Below the pieces are notes generated by a model, which searched no databases, was not told where the DNA came from, and was given only the letters and a program-made list of their open reading frames with translations. Below are positions 1-9,171 of a DNA stretch of 24,000 nt, one piece after another (the stretch's first letter is position 1; every line of letters begins with the position of its first letter). A program made the translations under genes and the position numbers. The stretch is from Acaryochloris thomasi RCC1774 (GTDB lineage Bacteria; Cyanobacteriota; Cyanobacteriia; Thermosynechococcales; Thermosynechococcaceae). Where the stretch lies: positions 164,893 through 188,892 of the forward strand of contig NZ_PQWO01000011.1 of assembly GCF_003231495.1 (NCBI RefSeq), written 5' to 3'.

Positions 1-468
1 CTCAGTATTGATCGTCAGTGGCATATCCGGTTTATTGAGTTTATGCCCATTGGTAATGCGGAGCTATTTGGGGCCCGGGGCTGGGTACCGTCGGAGGAGA
101 TTCGCCAGCAAATCCGCAGTCGATGGGGGCTGGAGCCAGGTCATGTCAAGGGGAATGGTCCTGCAGATGTCTTTCAAATTCCCGGCGCACTGGGAACGCT
201 GGGGTTTATTAGCCAAATGTCGGAATGTTTTTGCGATCGCTGCAATCGAATGCGCCTCTCTGCTGATGGCTGGCTGCGTCCTTGCCTGCTCAATGAAACG
301 GGCCAGCTCAACCTGAAAACATTGCTACGGGCGGGGGAAGAGATGGGGGTTCTGCGAGATCGCGTCCGAGAGCTGCTGCTACTAAAGCCAGAGATCAATT
401 ACAAAGAGCGCGAGTCGGGGACAAGCAGCGCTGTCTATGGTCGCACCATGTCTCAGATTGGAGGTTGA
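1..468 (+). CDS. moaA: GTP 3',8-cyclase MoaA, C-terminal part (5' end outside window)
   Basis: Frame 1 is open from base 1 and reads [18 protein letters not shown]...; C-terminal Fe-S motif [21 protein letters not shown] is typical of MoaA. Confidence 0.93.
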   Translation, partial: LSIDRQWHIRFIEFMPIGNAELFGARGWVPSEEIRQQIRSRWGLEPGHVKGNGPADVFQIPGALGTLGFISQMSECFCDRCNRMRLSADGWLRPCLLNETGQLNLKTLLRAGEEMGVLRDRVRELLLLKPEINYKERESGTSSAVYGRTMSQIGG

Positions 469-515
469 TACGGGATTGGCAGTCGCGAAACATTCGTAAC
501 AACTCCTCCTAGCAA

Positions 516-570
516 AGATCCTAGCTTCAATGTCAGTATTTAGCGATTTCTGACATCAAGACTAGGATTT
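516..570. terminator. Nested imperfect inverted repeat between convergent genes; candidate bidirectional terminator or structured element
   Basis: Outer arms AGATCCTAG/CTAGGATTT (one G.U) and inner arms ATGTCAG/CTGACAT around a 13-nt loop. Lies between the moaA stop (468) and the stop of the minus-strand DUF1428 gene (574). No clear U-tract. Confidence 0.35.
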
Positions 571-573
571 AAT

Positions 574-945
574 TTAGAGATCGACAATCGTTTCAAAGCC
601 ACCAAAGATCATGCGTTTGCCATCAAAGGGCATCTCTTTCATATTTTGCATACGCGGATCAGCCATCGCCTTTTTATTACCTTTATCTCGTTCGGCACGA
701 GAAGGCCAGACAAGCCAAGAAAAGACGACGGTTTCATCCCCGCCACATTTGACCGCCAACGGGAATGACGTTAGCTCTCCATCGGGAACATCATCTCCCC
801 AACATTCAACGACTTTTAAGGCACCATATTTTCTGAAGATCGCACAAGCGTCTTCAGCAAACTTCTGATAGCTCTCGCGGCTTGCCGTGGGGACTGCCAG
901 AACAAATCCATCTACATAAGCCATAAGGGTCTCCTTCTTACTCAA
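574..945 (-). CDS. DUF1428 (YbaA-like) family protein
   Basis: 123-aa ORF MAYVDGFVLAVPTASRESYQKFAEDACAIFRKYGALKVVECWGDDVPDG..., matching the DUF1428 pattern. Probable start is the internal Met at MAYVDGF or the upstream one. Confidence 0.85.
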   Translation of the reverse strand: MSKKETLMAYVDGFVLAVPTASRESYQKFAEDACAIFRKYGALKVVECWGDDVPDGELTSFPLAVKCGGDETVVFSWLVWPSRAERDKGNKKAMADPRMQNMKEMPFDGKRMIFGGFETIVDL

Positions 946-977
946 ATCAGCGATATTGCAAGTCTGTCAGCCCTTCA

Positions 978-1424
978 TTAAGAGGCCATTGCAGCCATGT
1001 GTTTCTCAACTTCCTCCATAGGGATTTCTTTCACTTGGGTTGAGAAGGTCCAGCTATATCCGAAGGGATCACTGACGACAGCAGTGCGATCTCCCCAGAA
1101 CATATCCTCGGGTTCAGAAACGCTGGTCATTCCACCATCAACTGCATGGTCATAGGATTTATCTACATCGGGCACATACAGATAGAAAGCAACAGATGTA
1201 TTGCCCTCTGGTGCTTTTCGGGGTGAACCCTCAAACTCATCATTCATAAAGATCTTGGAGTCCCCAATAGAAGCAGAAGCGTGTATCACGCAACCTTGGG
1301 GCGATTCGAGCACACCATCAACTATCAGATTAAGGGTGCGCTTATAAAACTCGATAGCAGCCTTCGTATCCTTATAGGTGGCATTGGCCGTCAGCGCATG
1401 AAATCCCTCTGGTTTGTAATTCAT
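978..1424 (-). CDS. VOC (glyoxalase/bleomycin resistance, PhnB-like) family protein
   Basis: 148 aa; AAIEFYKRTL... and DRTAVVSDPFGYSWTFSTQV are typical of PhnB-like VOC proteins. Co-directional with the DUF1428 gene. Confidence 0.85.
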   Translation of the reverse strand: MNYKPEGFHALTANATYKDTKAAIEFYKRTLNLIVDGVLESPQGCVIHASASIGDSKIFMNDEFEGSPRKAPEGNTSVAFYLYVPDVDKSYDHAVDGGMTSVSEPEDMFWGDRTAVVSDPFGYSWTFSTQVKEIPMEEVEKHMAAMAS

Positions 1425-1441
1425 AGCCCATTACCTCTTAA

Positions 1442-1459
1442 ATAGTATTTATGTACTAT
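1442..1459. promoter_or_regulatory. Operator-like inverted repeat upstream of the VOC gene
   Basis: ATAGTA-TTTATG-TACTAT, a perfect 6-bp IR 18 bp upstream of the minus-strand start codon at 1424. Confidence 0.3.
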
Positions 1460-1538
1460 ATTCTAGCAGGCCATCTTCTGCTGGCAGTGTGCTCTAAATC
1501 ACATGGTTTGTAACCAAAGGCAAAGACCGAACTGAACA

Positions 1539-3269
1539 TTAGTCCTTCTGCACTCTCACCAATTGGTAAGCGCCAACCTCCTGCAGCACTTGGAGGCGCT
1601 GAGGATCTAATTCAAGCGCTTCAATGCGGTGAGGATAAGCCACTAAAAGGACAGAGCGTTCAGACTGCTCCCAAGCGCCCTTGAGCCTCGCCTTAATCTG
1701 TCGAACCTTGTATAGATAGTCGACGGGCATCTGTGTATAAAAAACTAAGCTGGGTTTGAAGCCCGCCTGGATAATTGGCTCTCCGGTTTGATGTTCGCGT
1801 TTGATAGTCTCTGCAATTTGACGCAGCGGGAGCTGACGCTGACTGTCCATGATTTGCAGGGTGGGCAAAAAAGTAAGACTGAGAAACAACACCATTGCCA
1901 CGACGTTGATCCACCATAGACCGCGCAGGTTTCTCCAAAGAAGAACGAGGCTTGCGATCGCACCTCCGCCCCAAATCAAGCCGCCCCAGACCATGACGCC
2001 TGATTCCTGCACCATCCTCGGGAAGTCTGGCATTGACTGATCGTTGCCCAGCCAGCTAGAGCTGTAAAAGCAGGCTATTGATAGAGCGATCAGCAGTAAT
2101 AGGTGCGCTATGACACTCAGGATTATGCCCCAGCGCCTGCGAATAGGGCCGGAGATGCGATCGCTCAGTCCTCCCACCAAAATGGCCGCAGCGGGCATGA
2201 GTGGCAGCACATAGCTCGGCAGCTTCGTCACCGCGATGGTGAAGAAGATTAAAACCCCAAAAAACCAGTGCAGCGCAAAGAGACCTAACTGTTCTGTTCT
2301 CGGCTGCTGCCGCCAGCGTAGCGGTTGCCAAGCCTGCAGGCGTGTGATCCCCAAAGGGAGCCAAACGGACCAGGGCGCAAACCCTAAAAGCACGATGGCA
2401 AAGTAAAAATACCAAGGTGCAGCATGGTCATTGACGACGCTCGTGAATCGCTCCAGGTTGTGATAGCCGAAGAAAGACTCTAGATATGCTTGGCCATTCG
2501 CCCCGATTACAAGGACATACCAGGGCACCGTCAGCAGCAAAAATAAGCCACTTCCCAGCCGCAGCGGCAGTTCGCGCATCACCGACCGCAGCTGCCCTAG
2601 GTAGAGCAAGAACGAAAGAATGATCAAACTCGGTAGGACAACGCCTACTGGTCCCTTCGCTAAAACAGCTAGGGCATCCAAGATAAAAAAGGCTAGATAC
2701 CAGTGCTGCTGTTGCCTCCCCTGACACGCGTAGCCGATAAAAAAAGCTAGCAGGGCCATCCCTATACAGGCGGTTAGCAATAGATCTGAGACCCCCTGCC
2801 GGCCCCAGAGGATCAGCTCCGGCGTCAGGATGATCATGGCGGTACTCATCCAGGCTAGATAGGTAGGGTTCTTCTCTTTGAGGTTCGTTCCTGTGGAGGG
2901 TAGGCTAGGGCAGCCAAAGCGTTGCAGTGTATAAAAACTCAGGCTCACGAGAGCAAGGGCTGAGAGAGCCGAAGGAAGTCGAGCGGACCACTCATTCACG
3001 CCTAGCACCTGATAAGTAAGGGCCATTAGCCAATAGATGAGTGGCGGTTTATCGAAGCGCGTTTCACCGTTGAAGTATGGGGTGACCCAGTCTCCTGTTG
3101 CCTGCATTTGACGAGCGGCTTCCACAAACAGTGGCTCGGTTTCGTCAACGAGGCCAATGCTGCCCAACTGCCAGATAAAGGCAATGCCAAAGAGAACGGC
3201 TAAGCCCAGGATAGAAAGCCACTGGCGGCGCTGTTGTTCGCTGGTCGGGCGTGAATGACTCGATGACAT
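1539..3269 (-). CDS. ArnT/PMT-like glycosyltransferase family 39 membrane protein
   Basis: 576 aa, multi-TM; DETEPLFVEAARQM...GDWVTPYFNGETRFDKPPLIYWLMAL is the GT39/ArnT N-terminal signature. Confidence 0.88.
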   Translation of the reverse strand: MSSSHSRPTSEQQRRQWLSILGLAVLFGIAFIWQLGSIGLVDETEPLFVEAARQMQATGDWVTPYFNGETRFDKPPLIYWLMALTYQVLGVNEWSARLPSALSALALVSLSFYTLQRFGCPSLPSTGTNLKEKNPTYLAWMSTAMIILTPELILWGRQGVSDLLLTACIGMALLAFFIGYACQGRQQQHWYLAFFILDALAVLAKGPVGVVLPSLIILSFLLYLGQLRSVMRELPLRLGSGLFLLLTVPWYVLVIGANGQAYLESFFGYHNLERFTSVVNDHAAPWYFYFAIVLLGFAPWSVWLPLGITRLQAWQPLRWRQQPRTEQLGLFALHWFFGVLIFFTIAVTKLPSYVLPLMPAAAILVGGLSDRISGPIRRRWGIILSVIAHLLLLIALSIACFYSSSWLGNDQSMPDFPRMVQESGVMVWGGLIWGGGAIASLVLLWRNLRGLWWINVVAMVLFLSLTFLPTLQIMDSQRQLPLRQIAETIKREHQTGEPIIQAGFKPSLVFYTQMPVDYLYKVRQIKARLKGAWEQSERSVLLVAYPHRIEALELDPQRLQVLQEVGAYQLVRVQKD

Positions 3270-3342
3270 GCAGATCTCAGATGACGGCTGCCAGACTCTA
3301 CTGTAGCGGCAATCATCGGTTCTGAAATACGGTCCTTACTTC

Positions 3343-3609
3343 TCAGGAAGGGTCTAGAGGAGAACCGTCATGAAAGGAGCGCGATCGCATCTGTGCATAA
3401 AGCTGTCGATTAAGCTGTTGTCGAAATTCAAGGAACTTAGCTGAAGGCTGGTAGCTGCGTCCTTTGCTCTCGGCAATGCACTGGTCAAGCGCCTGAGTCA
3501 GTCTATCTAGCAGGGCTAGAGCATTCTGATCATCAATGGCCGTCTGGAGGTACAACACTGAGATCAAATTATCAATTTCTGTTTCGGTCAGGCCAATCCT
3601 GCAATTCAT
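3343..3609 (-). CDS. Small conserved-looking hypothetical protein (88 aa)
   Basis: Intact ORF with plausible composition, co-directional with the GT39 gene; MNCRIGLTETEIDNLISVLYLQTAIDDQNALALLDRLTQALDQC. Confidence 0.5.
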   Translation of the reverse strand: MNCRIGLTETEIDNLISVLYLQTAIDDQNALALLDRLTQALDQCIAESKGRSYQPSAKFLEFRQQLNRQLYAQMRSRSFHDGSPLDPS

Positions 3610-3957
3610 CTAAAAATTACTCCTGTGATGCGGTATTCCCCCCACATCGGTGGTTCAGCACGCAAAGTGTCGCCTGACCTCCCAATCATGAGAACCAGAT
3701 GCTGATTAAATCAAATTTCTTAATTGTGAAGTTACGGAGACGGCGAACATCTACCCCTGGATGTGCCGCTTTCCCCCAATGCTCCGTTTGTCCCAATAAA
3801 GACATAGACCCACTTTATTAAAGATAATTCATTGACTCTTAATCGTCGAGAGTGGTCAATAGAAAGGTGATGGTAATTAATGGAAAAAAGCTTGCAGCTA
3901 ATAGAAAATAAACCCTTGCCTGATTTTCGGCTATCAGCTCTTTGAGGACAATCTGCC

Positions 3958-4758
3958 ATGACCGAGCTAAGCAAAATTTTGCTGTATCCCATTAAGTCTC
4001 TAGATGGGATTGCGGTTACGCAAGCGACATTACTTCCTGGCGGTGCGCTACAGGGCGATCGTGAGTTGGCGATTGTTGATGCCAATCACCAACTGATTAA
4101 TGGCAAACGGAACGCTGATATTCACCGGTTGCGATCGCAATTCGACTTACCCCAGCGCTTAATCCATCTCAATATTCAGGGAGAGTCAAGTACCACCAGC
4201 TTCCATCTTGATCTGCAGCGGCCAGCTTTGGAGGCTTGGTTCAGCGATTATTTTGAGCAGCCGGTCCATCTGATGCAAAATCTGGAGACGGGGTTCCCGG
4301 ATGATCTAGAGTCAACGGGGCCAACATTTGTCAGCGTGGCAAGTTTAGAGACGGTGGCGAGTTGGTATTCCGACCTGAATGTTGAGGCGATCCGGCGGCG
4401 GTTTCGTACGAATCTAGAGCTGGATGCCGCCACAGCCTTTTGGGAAGATCGCTTATTTGGAGAGCCAAATGTGCCGCTGCCGTTTCGGGTGGGGGATGTC
4501 CAATTCTTGGGGATCAATCCCTGCCAGCGCTGCCCGGTACCGACGCGCGATCCTGATACAGGGGACGTCTACTCAGGGTTTCAGAAAACCTTTGTTGCTA
4601 AGCGCCGGGAGACGCTACCGGAGGGGGTGTTGCGATCGCGGTTTAATCACTTCTATAGACTGACGGTGAACACTCAGGTTCCGGCTTCAGAAGCGGGTAA
4701 GGTGCTGAGGGTCGGAGATGCCGTTGAAACCATAGCTGGACGGTATGATTTAAGCTGA
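3958..4758 (+). CDS. MOSC domain-containing protein (YcbX-like)
   Basis: N-terminal LYPIKSLDGIAVTQATLLPGGALQGDRELAIVD (MOSC_N beta barrel) and C-terminal FLGINPCQRCPVPTRDPDTG (MOSC core with Cys). Confidence 0.88.
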   Translation: MTELSKILLYPIKSLDGIAVTQATLLPGGALQGDRELAIVDANHQLINGKRNADIHRLRSQFDLPQRLIHLNIQGESSTTSFHLDLQRPALEAWFSDYFEQPVHLMQNLETGFPDDLESTGPTFVSVASLETVASWYSDLNVEAIRRRFRTNLELDAATAFWEDRLFGEPNVPLPFRVGDVQFLGINPCQRCPVPTRDPDTGDVYSGFQKTFVAKRRETLPEGVLRSRFNHFYRLTVNTQVPASEAGKVLRVGDAVETIAGRYDLS

Positions 4759-4760
4759 CG

Positions 4761-6566
4761 TTGTGCTTTTTGAGGTTAAGTGTGGCTATTACTGGTTCGC
4801 GCCTGCGGCGTTGGGTCTCGATGGGTTTGGCTTTTGTATTTGCGATCGCAACCAGCGGCTGCAGCCTAGAGAGCTTTAGAACCGAAGCGGCCCAGGTTCC
4901 TGAACTCGTCACCAGCGTTCTCAGCGGCCCAGCCACCTTTAACTATGCCCTGAGTCAAGAATCTCCGAATATTTTCACCTATACCTATGAAGGACTCGTC
5001 ACCAGCAACCCGATCACCGGAGATGTCGAACCTGCCCTCGCTGAATCCTGGGAGATTTCAGAAGACAAGCTCAAGATTGAATTTTTGCTGCGGCCCAATC
5101 TAAAGTGGTCAGACGGTCAGCCATTGACGGTAGACGACGTGGTCTTTACCTACAACGATATCTATCTCAACGAAGATATCCCCACCGATACCCGTGACGC
5201 CTTACGGATTGGGGAAAGTGGGGCTTTCCCTAATATTCGCAAGTTAGACGATCGCCGCGTTGAGTTCACAGTCCCTGAACCCTTTGCTCCTTTTCTACAA
5301 GCAACCGGCACGCCCATCCTGCCCGCCCATATCCTGCGGGAAACTGTGGAGAAAAAAGATTCTGCAGGGAAGCCTATTTTTAACTCGACGTGGAGTGTCG
5401 AAACGGCTCCAGAGAAGATCATTGTTAATGGTCCCTACAAGTTAGCCAACTACACTATTGATCAACGGGTCATTTACCGTCGCAACCCCTATTATTGGCG
5501 CTATCAAACCTCAGGTGCTTCTGATGGCAACATCGAGCGTATTGTCTGGCAGATTGTGGAATCGGCTGATGCTTCGCTATTACAGTTCCGCTCAGGAGGT
5601 CTCGATTCTGTAGGGGTCACGCCTGAGCAGTTTTCGCTGCTGAAACGAGAAGAAGAAGAAGGTAACTTTGAAATTTTGGAGGGCGGCCCAGCCCCTGGCA
5701 CCAACTTTGTTTTCTTCAACTTAAACACAGGTAAACGCAAAGGTCGGCCTTTAGTTGATCCTGTTAAATCAAAGTGGTTCAATAACGTGGCTTTTCGCCA
5801 AGCCGTTGCCTATGCCGTCAATCGGCAAAAGATGCTAACTAACACGTTTTTAGGATTAGGGAAAACGCAGAACTCACCGGTTTCCGTTCAGAGTCCTTTT
5901 TATCTGACGCCAGAGGAGGGACTAAAAACCTATGACTATGATCCCGAAAAAGCGAAGCAGCTGTTAACAGGAGCAGGCTTTCAGTACAAGGGCAACGAGC
6001 TGTACGACTCAGACGGGAATCGAGTCCAATTCGTGCTGAAAACAAATTCGGGGAATGCCACGCGAGAAGCACTAGGGGCACAGATCAAACAAGATCTAGC
6101 AGGCATTGGGATGCAGGTGGATTTTGCTCCGCTGGCGTTTGGTACGCTTGTGGACCAGCTTTCGTCTTCACTAGAGTGGGAGTGCGTTCTGCTGGGTTTG
6201 ACGGGGGGAACTGAACCTCACTTCGGTAAAAACGTCTGGGATCCAGACGGTGGTCTGCATATGTTCAATCAGGCCGCTGATGGTGTGGAGGGGCGGGTTG
6301 TCAATGACTGGGAACAAGAAATTGGTCAGCTCTATATTCAAGGTGCACGAGAGTTAGATGAGGCCAAGCGCAAAGAAATCTATTCTAAAACTCAGCAGAT
6401 TTCTCAGGAGCAACTGCCCCTCATTTATCTGATTAATCCTCTATCATTGAACGCGGTTCGCAACAAGTTTACCGGCATTCAGTATTCAGCCTTGGGCGGT
6501 GCATTCTGGAACATTCACGACATTTCTGCAGAGAATCCAGCAGAGCGTGCGGAAATCACTGAGTAG
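4761..6566 (+). CDS. ABC transporter substrate-binding protein, family 5 (oligopeptide/dipeptide type), lipoprotein
   Basis: Lipobox-like ATSGCS; PALAESWEISEDKLKIEFLLRPNLKWSDGQPLTVDDVVFTYND is typical of SBP_bac_5. TTG start at 4761 or GTG at 4782. Confidence 0.9.
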   Translation: MCFLRLSVAITGSRLRRWVSMGLAFVFAIATSGCSLESFRTEAAQVPELVTSVLSGPATFNYALSQESPNIFTYTYEGLVTSNPITGDVEPALAESWEISEDKLKIEFLLRPNLKWSDGQPLTVDDVVFTYNDIYLNEDIPTDTRDALRIGESGAFPNIRKLDDRRVEFTVPEPFAPFLQATGTPILPAHILRETVEKKDSAGKPIFNSTWSVETAPEKIIVNGPYKLANYTIDQRVIYRRNPYYWRYQTSGASDGNIERIVWQIVESADASLLQFRSGGLDSVGVTPEQFSLLKREEEEGNFEILEGGPAPGTNFVFFNLNTGKRKGRPLVDPVKSKWFNNVAFRQAVAYAVNRQKMLTNTFLGLGKTQNSPVSVQSPFYLTPEEGLKTYDYDPEKAKQLLTGAGFQYKGNELYDSDGNRVQFVLKTNSGNATREALGAQIKQDLAGIGMQVDFAPLAFGTLVDQLSSSLEWECVLLGLTGGTEPHFGKNVWDPDGGLHMFNQAADGVEGRVVNDWEQEIGQLYIQGARELDEAKRKEIYSKTQQISQEQLPLIYLINPLSLNAVRNKFTGIQYSALGGAFWNIHDISAENPAERAEITE

Positions 6567-6605
6567 AGTGACAGTTGTGGTAGCCGTTTTACACTTTTTA
6601 TATGG

Positions 6606-8069
6606 TCATTCAAAAATTTCATCTAATTTGTCTTCTAGCTTTTTGCGTTGTGAATCGCTGAGATCAAATCTGCAGAATTTTGTTACTCTCAGCAAGTCTT
6701 CAAAATGAGGTATTTCTCTCAATTCTGCAGAGAAGTCTGTCCATTGATTGCTCGACAAACTCAACTCTTTGAGGTTGACTAATTCTCCGAACATAGATGG
6801 AAAATGACTTATCTGATTGTCAGCAAGATCAAGTTTTTGCAGATTCACAAGCTGCCTAATTTCCACTGGCAGGCTACTTAATTGATTGCCGCAAAGCTCA
6901 AGCTCGTTTAGATTGGATAGCTGACTAATTTCCTCTGGTAGCCTGCTCAATCTATTATTCCAGAAGATAAGTTTTCTAAGCTGTTTGAGATTTCCAATCC
7001 CTTTCGGTAAATCACTTAGCTCATTTTCAGCAAGAGAAATTATTTGAAGTTGCGGTAAATTTAAAGTATTTTCTGGGAAAAAACTTAGTTTATTGTCAGA
7101 CAGATTAATCTCTTGTAGGTTTTCTAATTGCCCTACTTCTGTCGGTAGTTGACTGAGCTTATTGGCATAGAGAGAAAGTTCTTTGAGTTTGACTAATTGA
7201 CCAATCTCCTTAGGTAGGCGGCTCAGTCTGTTATCAGACAGTATAAGTTTTTCTAAATTTACTAACTGCCCGACTTGTTTTGGTAGTCTCCTCAGTTGAT
7301 TCCCTTTGAGGTTCATCTTCTGCAATTTTTTTGACTGCCCGACTTCTGAAGGGATGCGGCTCAGCTTATTGTTAGAAAAGTCTATCACTCTCAAGTTTAT
7401 AAGCTGCTCAATCCCCTCTGGAAAACTGCTCAGATGGCTATAAGTCACACTGAGGATTTGAAGATTTTTCAGTCGTGCGATTTCTTGAGGCAGGCGATCG
7501 ATCTGTGTTCTCTGAATGGAAAGTTCCTTTAAATTTGCTAATTGTCCAATCTCGGAAGGCAGAGCACTTAGATTCTTGCTGGAGATGACCAGCGTTTCTA
7601 GCTTTTCTAATCGTCCAATTTCTGTGGGCAAACCATTCAAATTATCAGCATGTAGAATCAGTGTTTTTAGATTCTTGAGCTGCCCGATTTCTGCTGGGAT
7701 GCTGCTCAGTTCGTCGTTGTGAATGCTGAAGGTCTTCAGATCTTTCAACTTCCCAATTTCTGAGGGAATTTTTCTAATAGGTAGGTTGCTCAAATTGAGT
7801 CGAGTTGCCTGTCTCTCGAGCGCTGTCTGAATCCGATCCTGCGCCTCTGTGTCAGCCAGGTCCGCTTGAGCATAATATTCTAGGTCTGCAGGATGCTCCC
7901 TAGTTTGATGGGGTAGGGATAATGCAGCATAATTTTGATGCCTAGGGCTACAGATGCCAGCCGTGATAGTCAACAGTGCCAACAGCACTTTGAGGTATTT
8001 TCGGTTGTGCAGAATCATCTGTAAGTAGCTCATTGTAAGGCTCGATCCGATTAAAGAGGTTCGGAACAA
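6606..8069 (-). CDS. Secreted or anchored leucine-rich-repeat protein (15 tandem 23-aa LRRs)
   Basis: Hydrophobic N-terminus YLKVLLALLTITAGIC, then consensus LxxLxxLxLxxNxLxxLPxEIGQ repeats. Alternative start at 8033. Confidence 0.85.
   Translation of the reverse strand: MFRTSLIGSSLTMSYLQMILHNRKYLKVLLALLTITAGICSPRHQNYAALSLPHQTREHPADLEYYAQADLADTEAQDRIQTALERQATRLNLSNLPIRKIPSEIGKLKDLKTFSIHNDELSSIPAEIGQLKNLKTLILHADNLNGLPTEIGRLEKLETLVISSKNLSALPSEIGQLANLKELSIQRTQIDRLPQEIARLKNLQILSVTYSHLSSFPEGIEQLINLRVIDFSNNKLSRIPSEVGQSKKLQKMNLKGNQLRRLPKQVGQLVNLEKLILSDNRLSRLPKEIGQLVKLKELSLYANKLSQLPTEVGQLENLQEINLSDNKLSFFPENTLNLPQLQIISLAENELSDLPKGIGNLKQLRKLIFWNNRLSRLPEEISQLSNLNELELCGNQLSSLPVEIRQLVNLQKLDLADNQISHFPSMFGELVNLKELSLSSNQWTDFSAELREIPHFEDLLRVTKFCRFDLSDSQRKKLEDKLDEIFE
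6714..7748 (-). repeat. 15 x 69-bp in-frame units encoding 23-aa LRRs
   Basis: By residue counting, residues 108-452 split into 15 units of exactly 23 aa with no indels. A partial LRR-like segment (RLNLSNLPIRKIPSEIGK) precedes them. Confidence 0.8.
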
Positions 8070-8231
8070 TGACCACCCAGTTCCGCAAATCGGAACCCAC
8101 TATTTTCATAGAGCCGGTACTCAACTTGCCCCCTTTTGTAAGGATGCCCACAGAATAAACATTGCTGCCCAAGAGAATTGCGGCGGCAGTTAGTCAGAAG
8201 AATTCTACGATTTCTTTTTAGATGCTCGGGG

Positions 8232-8522
8232 TCAGTCGTCAGCCATGATTTTGGGCACTCGAAAAAAGTCGCCATCTTGCTCGGGTGCACCCGCTAGGAT
8301 GCGATCGCGTTCTTCACAGGTCTGCTGTTGATCAACACGCGTCACATTACTGACATCAATGGCCCGCGTCGTTGGCTCCACACCCTCTACATCCAGCTCG
8401 CTGAGCTGATCAAAATAATCCAGAATATCGCCAAGCTGAGTCGTAAACTGTGATTCCTCTGCAGCCGTCAGCTCTAGGCGGGCTAGATTGGCCACCTTCA
8501 GTACTTCTTCGCGTTCAATCAT
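8232..8522 (-). CDS. gatC: Asp-tRNA(Asn)/Glu-tRNA(Gln) amidotransferase subunit GatC
   Basis: 96 aa; [46 protein letters not shown]...FRVPKIM. Confidence 0.95.
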   Translation of the reverse strand: MIEREEVLKVANLARLELTAAEESQFTTQLGDILDYFDQLSELDVEGVEPTTRAIDVSNVTRVDQQQTCEERDRILAGAPEQDGDFFRVPKIMADD

Positions 8523-8544
8523 GTATAAAAACCATGTATAAAAA

Positions 8545-9063
8545 TTACTTGCTATCCAACGTTGCTCTTCCCGTTGTCTTCAGCCAATTTTGTGCTTCAG
8601 GATAGTTATTAGGCACTAAACGCACCGCCTTGACCCACAGATCAGCCGCGCGATCGTACATCTCTTCTGCCTCGTCAGTCTTACCCGCCTGCGTCGCCTC
8701 TTCCCCGCGTTGATGGAAGATTACCGCTGAGTTATTGAGTGCCTGAGGCATCTGAGGATTGAGATCTAACGCTTCGTCGTAGGTCTTCAGCGCCCTATCG
8801 TATTCTGCGTTGCTCGTATAAATAAGAGCCATATTGTATAAAACAAAGCTGCGATCGTAGGGATCTTCCTCTAGTTCTAGGGCTTCTTTGTAGTTATCGA
8901 GGGCTTCGGCATACTCGCCATCGGCCTGAGCTGACATGCCATCTCGGTAGTAGGCAAATGCTTCCTTTGCCTTGGGGTTCGTCGGCAATAGCTTCAGGAT
9001 AATGTCTGCAATGACGGTAAACGTCTTATCAACAAAGTTATCGTTGCGTTGGGTTCTAGGCAT
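8545..9063 (-). CDS. ycf3: Photosystem I assembly protein Ycf3 (TPR)
   Basis: 172 aa; [62 protein letters not shown]..., strongly characteristic. Confidence 0.96.
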   Translation of the reverse strand: MPRTQRNDNFVDKTFTVIADIILKLLPTNPKAKEAFAYYRDGMSAQADGEYAEALDNYKEALELEEDPYDRSFVLYNMALIYTSNAEYDRALKTYDEALDLNPQMPQALNNSAVIFHQRGEEATQAGKTDEAEEMYDRAADLWVKAVRLVPNNYPEAQNWLKTTGRATLDSK

Positions 9064-9171
9064 AGTCGCTGAGCCGAGGTAGAGATGTCTAGATGATCAC
9101 AATGAACTGCGACCGAGTGCAAGCTTTAGTCTAACAGCTTTACTTTCAGCAAAGATTCTTTGCCCAAAGGC

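Noticed and set aside
2056-2727. Plus-strand ORFs 2056-2415 and 2428-2727 opposite the GT39 gene
   Set aside because: Shadow ORFs on the antisense strand of a clearly coding gene; His/Arg/Ala-rich with no domain logic.
3831-3860. Inverted repeat ATTGAC(TCT)...(AGA)GTGGTCAAT upstream of the MOSC gene
   Set aside because: Arms are short and bulged and about 100 nt from the start codon. Too weak to call a regulatory site without conservation data.
6714-7748. 69-bp periodicity considered as CRISPR or a VNTR
   Set aside because: Periodicity is at protein level (LRR). The DNA units are divergent and lack identical repeats with unique spacers.
8051-8290. 79-aa minus-strand ORF with CLFCGH...GHC cysteines, tempting as a zinc-finger protein
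   Set aside because: It overlaps the gatC 3' end out of frame and the LRR gene start, has no RBS, and has low-complexity, unlikely composition. Probably chance.
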